Shown one piece after another: positions 28,067 to 42,824 of a DNA stretch of 64,000 nucleotides. Origin of the DNA: the human T2T-CHM13v2.0 reference genome, Homo sapiens; the NCBI RefSeq assembly GCF_009914755.1, contig NC_060927.1; one strand, given 5' to 3'. Position 1 is the first letter of the stretch; every line of letters begins with the position of its first letter. The position numbers and the translations under genes are program-made. The notes under the pieces are model-generated. The model did not search any database. It was not told the DNA's origin and saw only the letters and a program-made list of their open reading frames with translations.

Positions 28067-29865
28067 TTATATTATCTGTTTCCACATGAAATGGTCTTAT
28101 ATATACAAAACTCTGAGGTGACCACCAAAAAACTATTAGAATTTTTAAAAAATCAGTAAAGTTGCATGAATCAAATTTAACATACATAAACCAGTAGCAT
28201 TTCTATACACTAACAATGAACCATCTGAAACAGAAACAAAATAAAAGCCATTTACAATAGCTACAAAAACAAACTCAGGAATAAATTTAACCATGGAGAT
28301 TAAATATGTACAACTGAAAACCACAAAACATTGATTAAGAAAGACACAAAAATATCCCACTCTCATAAATTGGAAGAAATAATATCATTAAAATATTCAT
28401 ACTACCTAAGGTAATTTACAGATTCAGTGCAATCCCTCTCAAAATTCCAATATTTTTCACAGAAATAGAAAAAAAATTATAAAATGTGCATGACACTGCA
28501 GGAGACCTTGAATAGCCAAAATAATCTTGAGCAAAAAGAAAAAAGCTGGAGGCATCACACCATCCAATTAAAACATATGTTACAAAATAATCAAAACAAT
28601 ATGCTACTGGCATAAAAGCAGACACACAGACCAAGGGAACAGAATACAGACACCAGAAATAAATGCACACGTTTACAGTTAATTGATTTTCAACAAAGAT
28701 GCCAGTACATACAATGGGGAAGGAACAGTCTTCTAATAGACATTCTTGGAAAAGCTGAGTATCCTTGTGCACAAAAATAAAATTAGGTCCTTCTTTGATC
28801 CCATCTACAAAAATCAACCCAAAATGGACTGAAGATTTAAACAGAAGAACTGAAAGTACTAGAAGAAAAGGGAAAATTGTCATGACTGTCCGGCAATGAG
28901 TTATTTTGGATATTACTCCAAAAAAATGGGCCCCAAAGAAAAACAAATAGGTAAATGGGATCATATGAAACTAAAAAGCCACTCCACAGAGAAGGAAAAA
29001 ACAGAGTGGAGACAAAACATACAGAATTCTGTCTTCCAGAACCACCTTTGCTGGAGCTGAATAGACATTTCAGGAAAGGAGCTGAATAGACATTACCCAA
29101 AAGAAGACATACAAATGGCCAACAGATAAATAATACAATGTGCAACATTGCTACTACATCAGAGCAGTGTAGATTAAAACCAAAATTACCTCAGACCTGT
29201 TAGAATGGCTATTATCAAAAAGATGAACAATGACAAGTATTAGCAAAAATGTGGCAAAATTGAAATCTGTGTGCACTGTTGGTGGAAATGCAACTTAATC
29301 CAGCCATTATGAACCAACCGTATGAAGACCCCTCAAAAAATTAAATACAAAACTACCATATGATCCACCAATCACACTACTGGATATATATCCAAAGGAA
29401 ATGAAATTGTTATGCTGAAAGGCTGTCTGCACTTCCATCTTCACTGCAGCATTATTCATAGTAGCCAAGATATGGAATCAGCCTAACTATCAATGGATGA
29501 GTGGATTAAAAAATGTGGTATACACACATAATGGTACATTATTCAGCCTTAAAAAGAAAATCTTGTCATTCGAAACAATGATTAACCTGAAATACACTAT
29601 ATTAAGTGAAATAAACCAGATATAGAAAGACATACCCTACATGATCTAATTCATATGTGAAATCTAAAAATATCTAACTTATATAATAGAAGCAGAGAGT
29701 AAAATCAGGTTTACAGCAGGTGGATTTAGATAGGAATTGAGATGATGTTGGTCAAAATACAAAAAAACTTTTGTTAGAAAAAAACAATAAATTCAAGAGA
29801 TCTTTTGCACAACATGATGACTGTAGTTAATAACAATGAATGTATACTTGAAAATTGCTAAAAGA

Positions 29866-30247
<382 letters not shown>

Positions 30248-31639
30248 TTAGTTTGATTTAGACATTTCACAACCTACACATATTTCAAAATATGTTGCAT
30301 ACCATAAATATATACAGTTTTGATTAGCCAATTGAAAAATTAATTTAAAATATTTAACAACAAACCAAAAATCAAATATCATCTGTATCATACATCTGCT
30401 GCATACACATGTTCTTCTGCATATACTAGTTCTGTTCCCTAAACTTATGCTTGGGGAATGGGAAGAATGACTAACTCCATACTTGACATACTTGACAAAG
30501 TAAAATGCTATTTCAAGTAATAGTGAGATTTTAGTGAAAACTATTAAATAGAAAAAGAAAAAATCCATAGGATAGAGAGTCAGGGATGATGTGGTGGCTT
30601 CCCACTGTACTTTCAATATTATACCCATCTCATACTATTATTTTGAGGTGTAATTAAGATTATGTAAAAGGTTAAGTATCGTGCCTGTTTCAGAATAAGT
30701 GCTTAATAAATAATAAATATCTATTACATGTACACATAAATATCTATTAAACGTACATTTTAATATTAAATATCTATTACATATTGAGGAACACGGGGAG
30801 AAGATTCCAAATGGAGAAAGAGTACAAGCAAAAGAATGATGAAAAGAATGAAAGTCATATGTTGAGAAAACAGTGTAGGAATTGTCTTGATTAAATTGGG
30901 GAAACAATTAAGGAAATAAGTGATGAAAAGATGTAAGGTCAAATAGATTTGTTAAAAGGTCTGTTAGACTGTTTGAACATTATTGACATACTTCACAAAG
31001 TAAAACACTATTTCAAGTAACTAAATTTCAAGTAGGAAAGCCTGTATATGGGGTAAGATTTTTGTGATAACCATTAACTTTTACTATTGTTTCTATTTTA
31101 TCTTCCATGTTAAGCTATATTGGAAAACATAAAAGCCCAGAAAATATAAAACCTTAGAAAAATAATTTATAATTTCATCATTTTAATCAAAATAAACATT
31201 TTGGTTCATTTCCCCCATAGGACTAATTTATTAATTCAGTTGTTTAAAAATATTTATTATAATTGATATTATAATGCACTTATACCTTGGTATCTTCTTT
31301 CTGTTTTAACTGAACATTATAATACAGGCATGTTCCCACGTGGCTGAATGTTGTAGGTGGCAATTAATCGTTCAATGGATTCGTATCACCAGACCACTTT
31401 CTCCTTACTTTGTCTTGCTTCATACACTTCAGTCATACCAATAGACTTGTATGTTTCTGAAGATTTCAAGTTCTTATGTACACGTTATGTACATGTCTAT
31501 AATTTTTCTTTTTCTGTCCCATTAATCAAATTATTTCCCACCTCTAACTTTCCACCCCATTTACTTATCATTTATTTAGTGTGGACTTAAGCACCAGCTC
31601 CTCTAAGAATTATCTCATCACTAAGGCCGGCGTACTAAG

Positions 31640-32100
31640 CATCAACAAAGGAGAGACTAGTCAATTTTGTTAGAGGAGTTTTGAATGAAATGGAGTGATA
31701 CATGAATAAATTGAGATATGGGGGAAGATTTTAGGTAGAGATACCAAATAGATGGAGAATGTATGAATCATTAGCTTGAAAGAGTTTTTTTTTTCATCAT
31801 ATAACAGAAATGGAATACATGGGGTCACACAGGCCACAATATTAGAGTGTGAAATACAAAAAAAGAAGAGAAAAATAGAGAAAAAAATGATAGAGTTTTG
31901 GGAGATATTAACATACAGGAAGCTGATCAAAAGAAGAAAACCCCAAAAAGGAGACTGAAAGAAATGGAAGGAGGGTTAGACTACTAGGATCTTGTGGTAT
32001 AATGAAAAGCACTGGAGCATGGTTTTCATAAGGGAGTGATCCATAAAGCCAAATGTCACAGACAAGTCAAGTAAAAGGTATTTAGTGATGTACTAATTAT
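31640..32100 (-). mobile_element. L2 fragment
   Basis: Purine-rich tract with 'aaggagactgaaagaaatgg' and 'gccaaatgtcacagacaagtcaagtaaaa'. Confidence 0.5.
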
Positions 32101-32499
32101 ATTTATTTTTATTTTTTGAGAGTGATGAAGGAGTAAGAAAGATGATAGCAATCTGAAGGGCAAATGTGTGGTATTAAAGATTCATCATGTACTCTGATAT
32201 CTCTTTAATTCAGATTTCTCAAATATAAATAGTAACAGTTTGGGAAATTACCATGTGCTAATTTGTACTAAGAAAATCTTTGTCATAATTCATCAACTCA
32301 GCGTAAGAGCTCTAATAAATTAGTTATAAAATAAATATACATTTTCCAATTTACAGAGGTGGAAACCAATAGAGTCACGAAAAGTCTAAGAACCTTGTAA
32401 GGAAAACCCTGTAATACAAAGGTAACATGTTTGAGAAACAATCAAATTTTCTTACCACAATTGACTAAGCATGCAGGTGTGGTACATCCCTTGCTGGAC

Positions 32500-33000
32500 T
32501 TTTCCCTAATTATTCCATATTTGTGATGCTATTTTAAATGCTATTGTGGTTTTCATTTAATTTTTAATTATTTGATTCCAGCATATAGGAACAAAATTGA
32601 TTTTATATATTGATATTGCATCTGGAAACCTTGCTAAACAAACAATTTTGGTAGCTTTTCATTGTTATTGTTCTATTAGATTTTATACGCACACATGTCA
32701 TCTCAGTAACGACTCCTTCCTTTCCAAGCTGGATTTATTTTATTTCTTTTTCTTGCCTGATTATAATGCCTATAAACTCTAATAAAATGTTTAATAAAAG
32801 TGGTGAGAATAAACACCCTTATCTTGTTCCTGATTTTAGGAGGAATGTTTCAAATCTTATGAATAAAATTAACTATGATGCTAGCTATAGGTTTCTCATA
32901 AATGCTCATTACTGGGTTAAGGGCATTCCCTTCTATTCCTCATTTGTTGAGAATTTTTATCAGGCACAGGTGTTGAAATTTGTCAAATGCTTTCTTTGTC
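32500..33000 (-). mobile_element. Old L1 (L1M) ORF2 RT fragment
   Basis: 'aagtggtgagaataaacacccttatcttgttcctgattttagg', 'tgttgaaatttgtcaaatgc'. Confidence 0.85.
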
Positions 33001-33494
33001 TTCTGGTTTTAGTGGTGAAAAACTCAGGTTTCAGTTACTCATACCAAAGGATAATCTGGATGGGCCTTTCTTCAGCAGGGGCTGTGAAAACAGGACCTTT
33101 GGATGTCATGCCATTAGCAGTAGGTATACCAATTATTGCTTATGCACATGTGATTTTATAAAATATCTCTGATGAAAGACTGATACCAAATTGTCAGTCT
33201 CCCCACAACTTTATCATATATTTATTTTACCTTTTTAGGACATACCAGAGATGGTTCTTTCTTTCTTGTGGTACTTCAGAATGTTCTTATTTATTAAAGG
33301 CAGCCACTCTGCTTTAAGGGTTAGAAAGGATATTAGGAAATATATATTAGAAAGGAAACAGCATATCCCTATTTCATGCTGTGCCTCAGCAATTGAGTTC
33401 TCAAGGATCCTGCCGTTTCCTTATGGAGTCAGTGTACCAGGATATTTTCAGTAGAATTATTAAATAACCAAAAAGCCTCAGAACTCTGAGTGCA

Positions 33495-33650
33495 AAGTAA
33501 AGAGATCAAAAGTCTTTGTTGCCACTTCTTTGCTCTGTAATCCTAGAAAAATCATTTAAGCTCTTTCTGCCTCAATATTTGGATTTGTAAGATGAACTGG
33601 ATTGAATATTTTAACAGGTCATTCCAAGTTCCTAAATTCTGTGATCTCTA
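33495..33650 (+). mobile_element. MIR3-like fragment
   Basis: 'tcatttaagctctttctgcctcaa' and 3' 'tcattccaagttcctaaattctgtgat'. Confidence 0.55.
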
Positions 33651-34779
33651 CTTTTGTTAATTTTGGGAGCACCTCTGGGAACCATCCCTTCTTAAAAATT
33701 ATTTGCTATATAAAATTAGCAAATCCTAAAAGTAGTCCTCAAACAAAGGTAATGAAGCATATATATGTATGTGAGATTCTGAAGCTTGGTATCTGAGGAT
33801 AGCCTTTAAAAGCTGGTCTGATTTTTATGACCTATTAGTATCAACAATTCATTATATTAGAAGTGTCTCTAACAGGATTTGTGTCTGTATTTGCATCTTT
33901 GGCTGTTTGACTTCTTGGTCTTTGTATCAAAGCAATTATGTTTTAGACTGAAATGTTGTATATGACACTTTGTGCTCTTAGGATAGATTAGAAATGGAGT
34001 GGAAATTTTTGTTTGAGAAAGAGAAACCTAAATACCAATTGCAGATATAAAAAAAAAGGTTGTTAATTTAGCATTTTACCTATAAGGGAGGACTTAGGGA
34101 GGGAGATAGGAGCCTAGAAAAATACATATTTTCAGATACCTGAATTAACCTTTTCCCCCTTCTAAGTCAGCTTGCATGCAAGAAGGAAGAAAGTAAGAAT
34201 TTTGTCTCCAATACACAATTTCCGAATGTAAGACTTATTATAGTTTACTTACTTTAAAATGGATTAAGACGTGGGATGGGGAAATTATTTGAAAGGGGTA
34301 GGACTGCAGTGAGGAAGAACTTCAGGCATTATTTTTCTCTGGCGTTTGTATGTCATCAGTCTCTAGAAGAATAAGTGGACATTTTTATTTTGAATTTCTT
34401 TTAGCCCAATAATTCCTATTCACTCTGCTCTTGAGGAAGCTGCCCCTACTTGTATTCTGAAATTAATCCAAAACCAGACAATTTAGGTTTAGACATAGAA
34501 CCTTATGCAAATTGATCCACTAGAGTAACTAATGACCTATTGAGAAGAGGTAGTGTATTTTTGGTTTGTTTTTGTAGCTCTATAACACTGATTTATAAAT
34601 TATCTGAACTATTTTGTCTTTGCATTTATACTATTTGCTCTCTTTGTACAGGAGTAGGAACCTGAATGCAGAAGAATTTTTGAAGGTTTTAGCAATGTCA
34701 CTTAGAAAAGCTACAGTACTTGAACTTCAAAATTCTCATACTCTGATGTTTTACTGTTACCTAATGCAAGCAAATTGTT

Positions 34780-35010
34780 AAAGTGAAAAGGATTTGGTCT
34801 TTCAAATTTGGCAACCAATATTTAAATTCTGACTCCACTACTTAGCTTGTATGAAATTAGTATGTCATTTAACCTCTCAGATCCTGAATTTCTGAAATGC
34901 ACACATGCGGCAATAATAGCTTCTTATAAGCCATTGAGTGAATTATGTGAAAAATGCATGTAAATTAGCCAAAAGTCTCTGGCAAGCCATTGGAAATTTT
35001 CAAATATTTA
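34780..35010 (+). mobile_element. MIR fragment
   Basis: 'ttaaattctgactccactacttagc', 'gtcatttaacctctcag'. Confidence 0.6.
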
Positions 35011-35329
35011 TTCCCTTCCCTTTGCTTTTGGTCTTAATCATTTCTAGGTCTTTTTAACAGCATTTTTTTGTTCCTAATATGGTAAATAGTAATTAACATG
35101 GAAGGCTTAGAAGACAACTGAGCAGGTAAACTTTTAAATGTTATTATTATTTTTTTCTATTTAAAGAAGACACAATTTGGGGTTCAAATACATTCAGTAG
35201 ACTTGACGTTTTAAAACCTCCACCATTTATATATTCTTCTCTGAATACAAGTAGATTTTTTTAAAGTCAAGCTTCTAAAGCACCTTTACATAAATTGATT
35301 TGTTTATGGTTCTACCAACTGGGATTTGA

Positions 35330-36000
35330 AGAAAATTCTCCTGGCACTAGCCAAACTTCAAAGGTTTAGTATTCAACACTGCCATCACTTCTGACAACAA
35401 CTCTAAGTTTGAGGGTTCTCAAACCATCAGCAGGTTCAATAATTCACTAGAAATACTCACAGAGCTCATTGAAAGCTAGTATATACACGGTTATTGTTTA
35501 TTATAGGACAGGTTACAGGTTAAAATTAGCCAAAAGAAGAGATGCAGAGAGCCGGGTCTTAGAGGGTTCCAAAGGCAGAGTTTCTGCTGTCCTCTTCCTT
35601 GGAGTCAGGATGCCTTACCCTCCCAGCATTGATGTGTAACTATACACATGAGCATGATCTATCAGGGAAGTTCACCCAAGGCTTGGTGTCTAGAGATTTA
35701 TTAGAGCTCTATTACATGGGCATGATTGATTGATTGGCTTCCCACATGATTGATATCAGCTTCTAGGTTAACTGATTCAACATGTCCCAATGTCCTCACC
35801 CTAAATCATGTGGTTGGTATTTCTGGCATAGCCCACTCCATCCTATGATTATCACATCTGGCTGGCTTCACCCTAAGATCCTGAGTGGTTAGCCTCTGAC
35901 CTAAACAAATGCAATCCTATCAGATATAAAATACATTACTTCCCAAAATGTGAGGGCAAAGACCAGACAACGGAAAAATGGCCAAATTTTTCACTTCCTA
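35330..36000 (-). mobile_element. MER21/MER77-like ERVL LTR
   Basis: 'ataattcactagaaatactcacagagctcattgaaagc', 'accctaaatcatgtggttgg', 'gagggcaaagaccagac'. Confidence 0.75.
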
Positions 36001-37799
36001 AATCTAAATTTTTTTTCTTTCTTTTTCTCTTCTCTAGAAAGCAGTCTATTAGTTGCTTCACTCATTATATGTGGTAGGATTAAATCATAATTATTTTTAT
36101 AGAACCCTTAAAATTCCATAGTACATTAACACCCTCTTAGTATTGGGAAAATCTTTTAATATATTTTATCCATTTTTCCATTGTTTTCCATACCACCTTA
36201 AACATTTGGGGTTCCTTATATTGGATTGCAATGGCAGAAATCAGTACAACCAGAATGAATGGATTTAAGTGTCAGTGGGGTGGTAGAATCTCAAGACGAC
36301 TTCAGAGTTTCAAGAGAGTGATTTGGCAGACTGTTGATAAGAAGAAATCAGAGATTGCAGAGGTATTAGGAAGACCACCCAAACTGGTGTTATTCAAACA
36401 GTAAGTCATGACCCTTGGATATTGATTAAATTATTCCTTATTGTGGGTTATAGACAGAAATACTGCTCACCTTGCTCTGACAGCAAGTCAACTCAGTAAA
36501 CCAAGAGAATGAACTTCCAACTTTTCCTGGTCTATGAGCTCCTATGAGTAGCACTTTTGACAAGGTAATAGAATATTAGCATATATGTGTGAATATTAGC
36601 CAGGAGGAAGGAAGGAAGGAATAGGAAGCAAGGAGGTATGAAGTTCTATAGTTCAATTATCAACTTGATCTAATTAGATTCATTAAGTGTAGCAGTTGTT
36701 CTGCAATACCTGGAAATTCTATGCACATATTTCTATTTAAACGCGTCCTGTTTTTGGTTTTTGCTTCTACTTTACTAGTTTCCAACCAGGACCTCTGTCC
36801 AAGTACCAAGGAACATCATCACTACTGGTTCCTGCCCCAGTCTCAAAGATGCTTAATTACATGTCCAGTCTAGTCTTGTATTTCCTTCTTCTTGTCTCTA
36901 TAACATGGAGTATGGCTTTGTGTCCCAGCATACATTCTTTAGAGCCTGAAAGCCTTTCTTGCTGATAACCTTACGTTTGATGTTCCTCTAAAAGTTTCTA
37001 AACAACACTGTGCTTCACTGGTCAAAATTATGACAAGAGCCAATGTTTACTTTCTAAGAGATCTTTTTACCATCATATAGTGTTATTTTGCAGGTTTATT
37101 ACCTGTATTACCAGTTTTTGCTTTGTGTTGTTTTGAGTTTATTACCAAGATAGAAGCATAAAACAAAACATCTTTTTTGAAAAAAGGGTAACAATCTTGT
37201 TTTTTTCAGGTTAACCATAATTATTTCCAAAATAGTATTTGAAATGTAACATATTGATATGTTTTTATTGTCAACTGTACTCAAATTATTTGGTCCTCAA
37301 TATCCTCTTTGAAGAAGACGAAGAAAAAAAACACTCGTTATTTTCAACATTACTAAATAAGCTGATGACAACAACAGAGAATATATTTCTGCCTGTTTGG
37401 GTAAAATACTATACATATTTATATTATAACATGCTTGCATCATTTTTATTATAAAGCAAACTGATAGGAAAAAGGAACTATAGATTTAGACTAACAGCAG
37501 ACTTCTACAGTCATGTTTCAAGGCTTCTGGGCCATGTGTGTTTCCAGTATTAAGTTTCGACTTCTGAAAATTCAAGATGGCTAACACACTGTATGTTATC
37601 TATCACTGCCAACAGGGTTGGAAATAGACTTAGCTGAGCTCATAATATCTTGACAGTAAAAAAAAAAAGATTATTTTCACAAACTGATATACCTAAAAAA
37701 CATACATAGCCTCACATTGGTTTAGGTCAAGTTTTAACTTCAAATATGTTTATCAGAAATTTATAAAACATGTTTGTTTTAAATATATAATTTTTCTGA

Positions 37800-38204
37800 G
37801 ACATAGAATCAACCCAGATGCCCCAAAATGGTGAACTAGATAATGTGGTGCATTTATACACCATGGAAAATGTGGTGGATACACACTATGGAACTCCACA
37901 CTGCCATAAAAATAGTAAAATCGGCCGGGTGCGTTGGCTCATGCCTGTAATCCCTGCTCTTTGGAAGGCTGAGGTGGGCGGATCATTTGAGGTCAGCAGG
38001 TCCAGAACAGCCTGGCCAACATGACAAAACCCTATCTCTACTAAAACTACAAAAATTAGCTGGATGTGGTGGTGCATGCCTGTAATCCATGCTACTAGGG
38101 AGGCTGAGGCAGGAGAATCTCTTGAACTCGGGAGGCGGAGGTTGCACTGAGCCAAGATCACACCACTGCTCTCCAGCTTGGGCGACAAAGAGAGACTCCA
38201 CCTC

Positions 38205-38247
<43 letters not shown>

Positions 38248-38596
38248 TAATCTCCTTAGCAGCAACAGGAATGCAGCTGGAGGCCATTAACCTAATGAAC
38301 AAATGTAGGAGCAGAAAACCAAATACCGTAAGTTCTCTACGTTCTCACTTATAAGTAGAAGCTAAACATTGAGTACACATGCACATAAAGATGGGAACAA
38401 TAGATAACGGGAACTACTAGAGGGGGAAGGGTGGATGTGGGATGAGGATTGAAAAACTACCTACTGGATATTATGTTCACTAGCTGCATGACAGGATCAT
38501 TTGAACACCAAACCTTAGTGACATGCAATTTATCAATGTAAAAAACCTGCACATGTCTTTCCTGAAACAAAAATAAAAGTTGAAAAAAATAAAAAG
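37800..38596 (+). mobile_element. L1 (old L1PA/L1PB-like) 3' end, interrupted by an Alu
   Basis: 'gttctcacttataagtagaagctaaacattgagtacac', 'aaacctgcacatg', A-rich tail. Confidence 0.9.
37923..38240 (+). mobile_element. Alu, AluSz-like, with (AAT)n tail
   Basis: Full Alu body; about 14 AAT units from 38205; TSD aatagtaaaatc/aataatataatc. Confidence 0.94.
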
Positions 38597-40606
38597 ATAT
38601 AATTTTGGAATAGAAGATAATAGATTTTATGCCTACCATCAGGATTATTTTTTTTATTTTTGACAATATTATTTTCATACTAATTCCTGATTATACTAGA
38701 GAATTTCACAATTATGTTTTGCTTGTTTGTTATCACAACAAATCACTTCAACAAACTTGGAAATTTTGACAAAAATTAAAGAAATTCATTTGTTGTAATT
38801 CATGTCAGGGGTGCTAGGAACACAGCCATTATAAGAAATACAATTGAAAATGAAAATATTTATATAATAAAGGTCCTATTTTATTTTTATTGTAAGTCAA
38901 ATATTTTGTTATAGTTTTAAACAGTTCTTTAAAATGAAAGTATTATACATTCATGTTAATGTTAGATTTGGTATGTTATCATTCTTTCTCAATTTTTACA
39001 GTATGCGGCACTAGTTGACCAAAGAGTCAAAATTTTAAGCATTGACTTTGTCTATTTTGTTAAAACAATACCAGATGTCTTTAGAGGGTATTTCTATATT
39101 AATTTTATGTAAAATAATTATACAATTGACTATCCCTTTGATATTGAGAGTATTTTTTATAGAACTCTAATACAAAACATTTCATAATTTTGCAGAACCA
39201 GTTTTAACTGCTTTGCAGTTGTTATAGAACACCAAAGATGAGTTTGACTTAGTTTTTACCTATGAATAAGATAAAATGACACCTATGTGGTAACAGGTTC
39301 CCATTATTGTGTAGGATGTAGGTGAACCTATATTACTACTGAGACAGAAGATAAGATATCTGGTTCAATGACACACAGCAAGAAAAATTTCTGCAAACCA
39401 CTTGACTAAAACTAAAATTGTTAAGAATTACAAGCAAGAAATAACTTAAAAACTAATAAATATTTCAGTGCAAGGTAATACACAAAAAGAATAAGACAGT
39501 TAAGAAAGAGGTGATAAGGGATACATGGAAACACCCCCAGAAATATATCTTTTGACCAAGAGCGAAATGCAGATGTTGTCTAGTTGGCCGTTCTTGATAA
39601 GTTGGCATCATCTGAGATAAACCTTTCTATGATAATGTTTAACACAAATGTTTTGTCATATGAAGACATAGTATATTTTAATGGTTATATTTCAATGAAT
39701 ATCTGTTAACAATGTAATTAATATTTACTAGTTAGAATGGTGCTATATATTAAATTACTGATTTTAATCTATGAAAATTTTCATCATTAATCTGATGTCT
39801 GCAATGTTTTATTTTAAGGCTTCAATGAACCAAGATCATGTTATAATTTAATCCTAAATATGACATCTACAATTTCTTAAACATTTATGACTAAATGAGA
39901 TAATGTATGCAAAATGCCTGGTGCCCAAAAAGGGTTGAATAATTGTGATTTCTTTTTTTACACTAAAGATTATTTTCCCTAAGGATTTAAGATATGATCC
40001 TTAGTATGAATAAACATACACATAACTATTAAGCAACTTATAAAATATTAACCGCCTTAACAAAAGAAAGCTTTCTTTGCCTAAATAAGAACAGCCAGAA
40101 GGAACTTTGTATATTGACAAACACAAGTTACTATTTTAAAAGCTTTCATACATATGTTTAACATTTTTATGATTGAGATTACATTTTGCAGAAAAATTAT
40201 TGGCAGATAATGTGAAGATTTTCACTTCTCAAAAGCTAAAAAGTAAAGAATTTTACTTTTCCTATATGAAGATGTAGAAAATGCTGTAGATTCTTGGGTT
40301 TGGTGAGAATTAAAACATTTTAGACAAATTATGGTGATATTTATTGATGTTAGAAAGGTGATGATTTATAACCCCTTATAAAAAATCTCTTTCTATGTAT
40401 GTGTACACATTCTGTTGTTTCTGTTTCTCTACAGAACTTTCATCAGTACAGTTATTGACGTAGTTAAGTTGGTATTTTTCTGGAAGGGGTGGAGAGAAGA
40501 TAAAGTGATCCAGAGGACATTATTTAGTTGAGTCCTTCAGGAAAGTAGAGTAAGCCTATTTCTTAGAGAAGCCTATATCTTCACCACAAGGAAGGTGAAG
40601 ACTTCT

Positions 40607-40937
40607 TTCTTTTTTTTTTAACACTTGGATATTTATTTTATGATTTAATTTGTAATTCAATACAATTTAATGTATTTTTTGGTCAAATTAATCCAGGTTT
40701 GGTCATTAGCATATTTTTTACTTAGCTTCGTTGTCTCTCTTTTTTATTTTATTTTATCATTATTATACTTTAAGTTTTAGGGTACATGTGCACAATGTGC
40801 AGATTAGTTACATATGTATACATCTGCCATGCTGGTGTGCTGCACCCATTAACTCGTCATTTAGCATTAGGTATATCTCCTAATGCTATCCTTCCCCCAT
40901 CCCCCGACCCCAAACAGTCCCCAGAGTGTGATGTTCT
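40607..40937 (-). mobile_element. Heavily 5'-truncated L1PA3-like insertion (40740-40937) with ~120 bp 3'-transduced sequence and a second poly(A)
   Basis: L1PA 3' UTR 'ttattatactttaagttttagggtacatgtgcac'; whole unit bounded by 17-bp TSD ggaaggtgaagacttct/ggaagatgaagatttct. Confidence 0.85.
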
Positions 40938-41398
40938 GGAAGATGAAGATTTCTAAAGAGAGCTGGCATTTTTAGAAACCATAGATATAATTTTGGTCAT
41001 ATAAATTTTGTTTTTTTCCCCGATTAAATATATTCCGGAAATATATTTATTCTGCATCAAGAAAAATTTATTTGCATCAAATAGATTAAATTTATTAAAG
41101 GTTTTCTATGGCCCTATAAGATTAAATTTTAAAAGAGAATTATGTAACTATGGACAGAGTATCGTTTACATATATTACTTTTTTGAAACATCAGAATATT
41201 TGTGTGTCTCTTGAGAGGAGATATATCCTAGTTGTCTTCAGAGTGGAATGGCATTTACTTTCCTTTATTGAACAAATAAATATATCAGATTTTATGCTAT
41301 AATATGTGTGTGTGTGTTGGTGGGGGCATATTTATATTTTCCCATGCTTTCAAGAGTTGAGGGTTAGGTATGAAAAAAGATAATTAGAGCATAGCTAC

Positions 41399-41880
41399 AG
41401 TGATGGCTATGTTTATGAGTCAACTTGACTGGGCCAGGAGGTCCCAGATACTTGGTCAAACATTATTACGGATGTTTCTGTTGTGAGGGTGTTTTCAGAT
41501 GAAACTGACGTTTGACTTGGTAGATTGAGTAAAGCATATTTTTCTTCCTAATGTGTGTTATCCTCAATTAATCTGTTGATGGCCTGAAAGAACAAAAAGG
41601 GTGATGCTCCTGCAAATAAAAGGTAATTTCTCCTGCCTGGCTGCTTGAGCTGGAACACCAGTCTTTTGCTGCCTGTGAATTCAAACTGAAACATGAGCTT
41701 TTCCCGTTTCTTCTGGCTTTCAGACTGGAGCTTACACTACTTACTCTCCTGGGTCTCCAGCTTGTCACATACAGATCTTGAGACTTCTAAGTCTTCATAA
41801 TCGCATGAGCCAATCTCTTTCTATATATATGTGTACACATCCTATTAGTTCTGTTTCTCTACAGAACTTTGACGAATACA
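41399..41880 (+). mobile_element. MLT2-like (ERVL) solo LTR
   Basis: 'gtcaacttgactgggcca', 'cccagatacttggtcaaacattatt', 3' 'cctattagttctgtttctct...aataca'. Confidence 0.88.
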
Positions 41881-42232
41881 GTTATTGATACAGTTAAGTT
41901 GGTATTTTTTGGGGGCGGGGGAGTGGGGGACAAGATAGAGAAAGTGATCCAGAAGAAATTATTTAGTTGATTCCTTCGGGAAAGTAGAGTAAACCTATTT
42001 TTCAGATAAGAGGAGGCTACTCTAGAAAGAACAAGTGGTGAAGTTGAGATATAAAGGAGATGATAAAATTAGTGATCCAAGGAAAGGTGCATATCAAAAC
42101 CAGAGTATGTTATGCGAAAGAGTTTGGCTTTATTCTGAAAGTCATGGAGGTCATTGAATGGTTGTAAGCAGGAAAGTGGTTTGTGTTTTCATTTTAGGAA
42201 GATGGCTTAGGCCATTGTGCAAGAATCAGTCA

Positions 42233-42571
<339 letters not shown>

Positions 42572-42824
42572 TCATGATTGAAATCGAGGGAACAACTTAG
42601 GGGAGTGCTGAAGAAATTCAGACACATGAGTGCTGGAACATAGTTGTTTACTGAAGGGATGGAGAGAAAGTGCAACATACAAGAGATACAAGGGAGGGAG
42701 AATAAACAGGTCACTTAGAAAGATTAAATATGCAGATCAAAAGAGAGGAATGATAAAAGATCTCTCCCATATTCTTGGCTTGGGAGTGGTTGGTGATGAC
42801 ATTCCTTGAGATATTGATAATATA

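Noticed and set aside
37886-38302. 138-aa ORF with a poly-Leu stretch resembling a signal peptide
   Set aside because: Antisense Alu translation; the poly-Leu comes from the (AAT)n tail. The same applies to Alu-derived ORFs at 21393, 24647, 27682 and 42230
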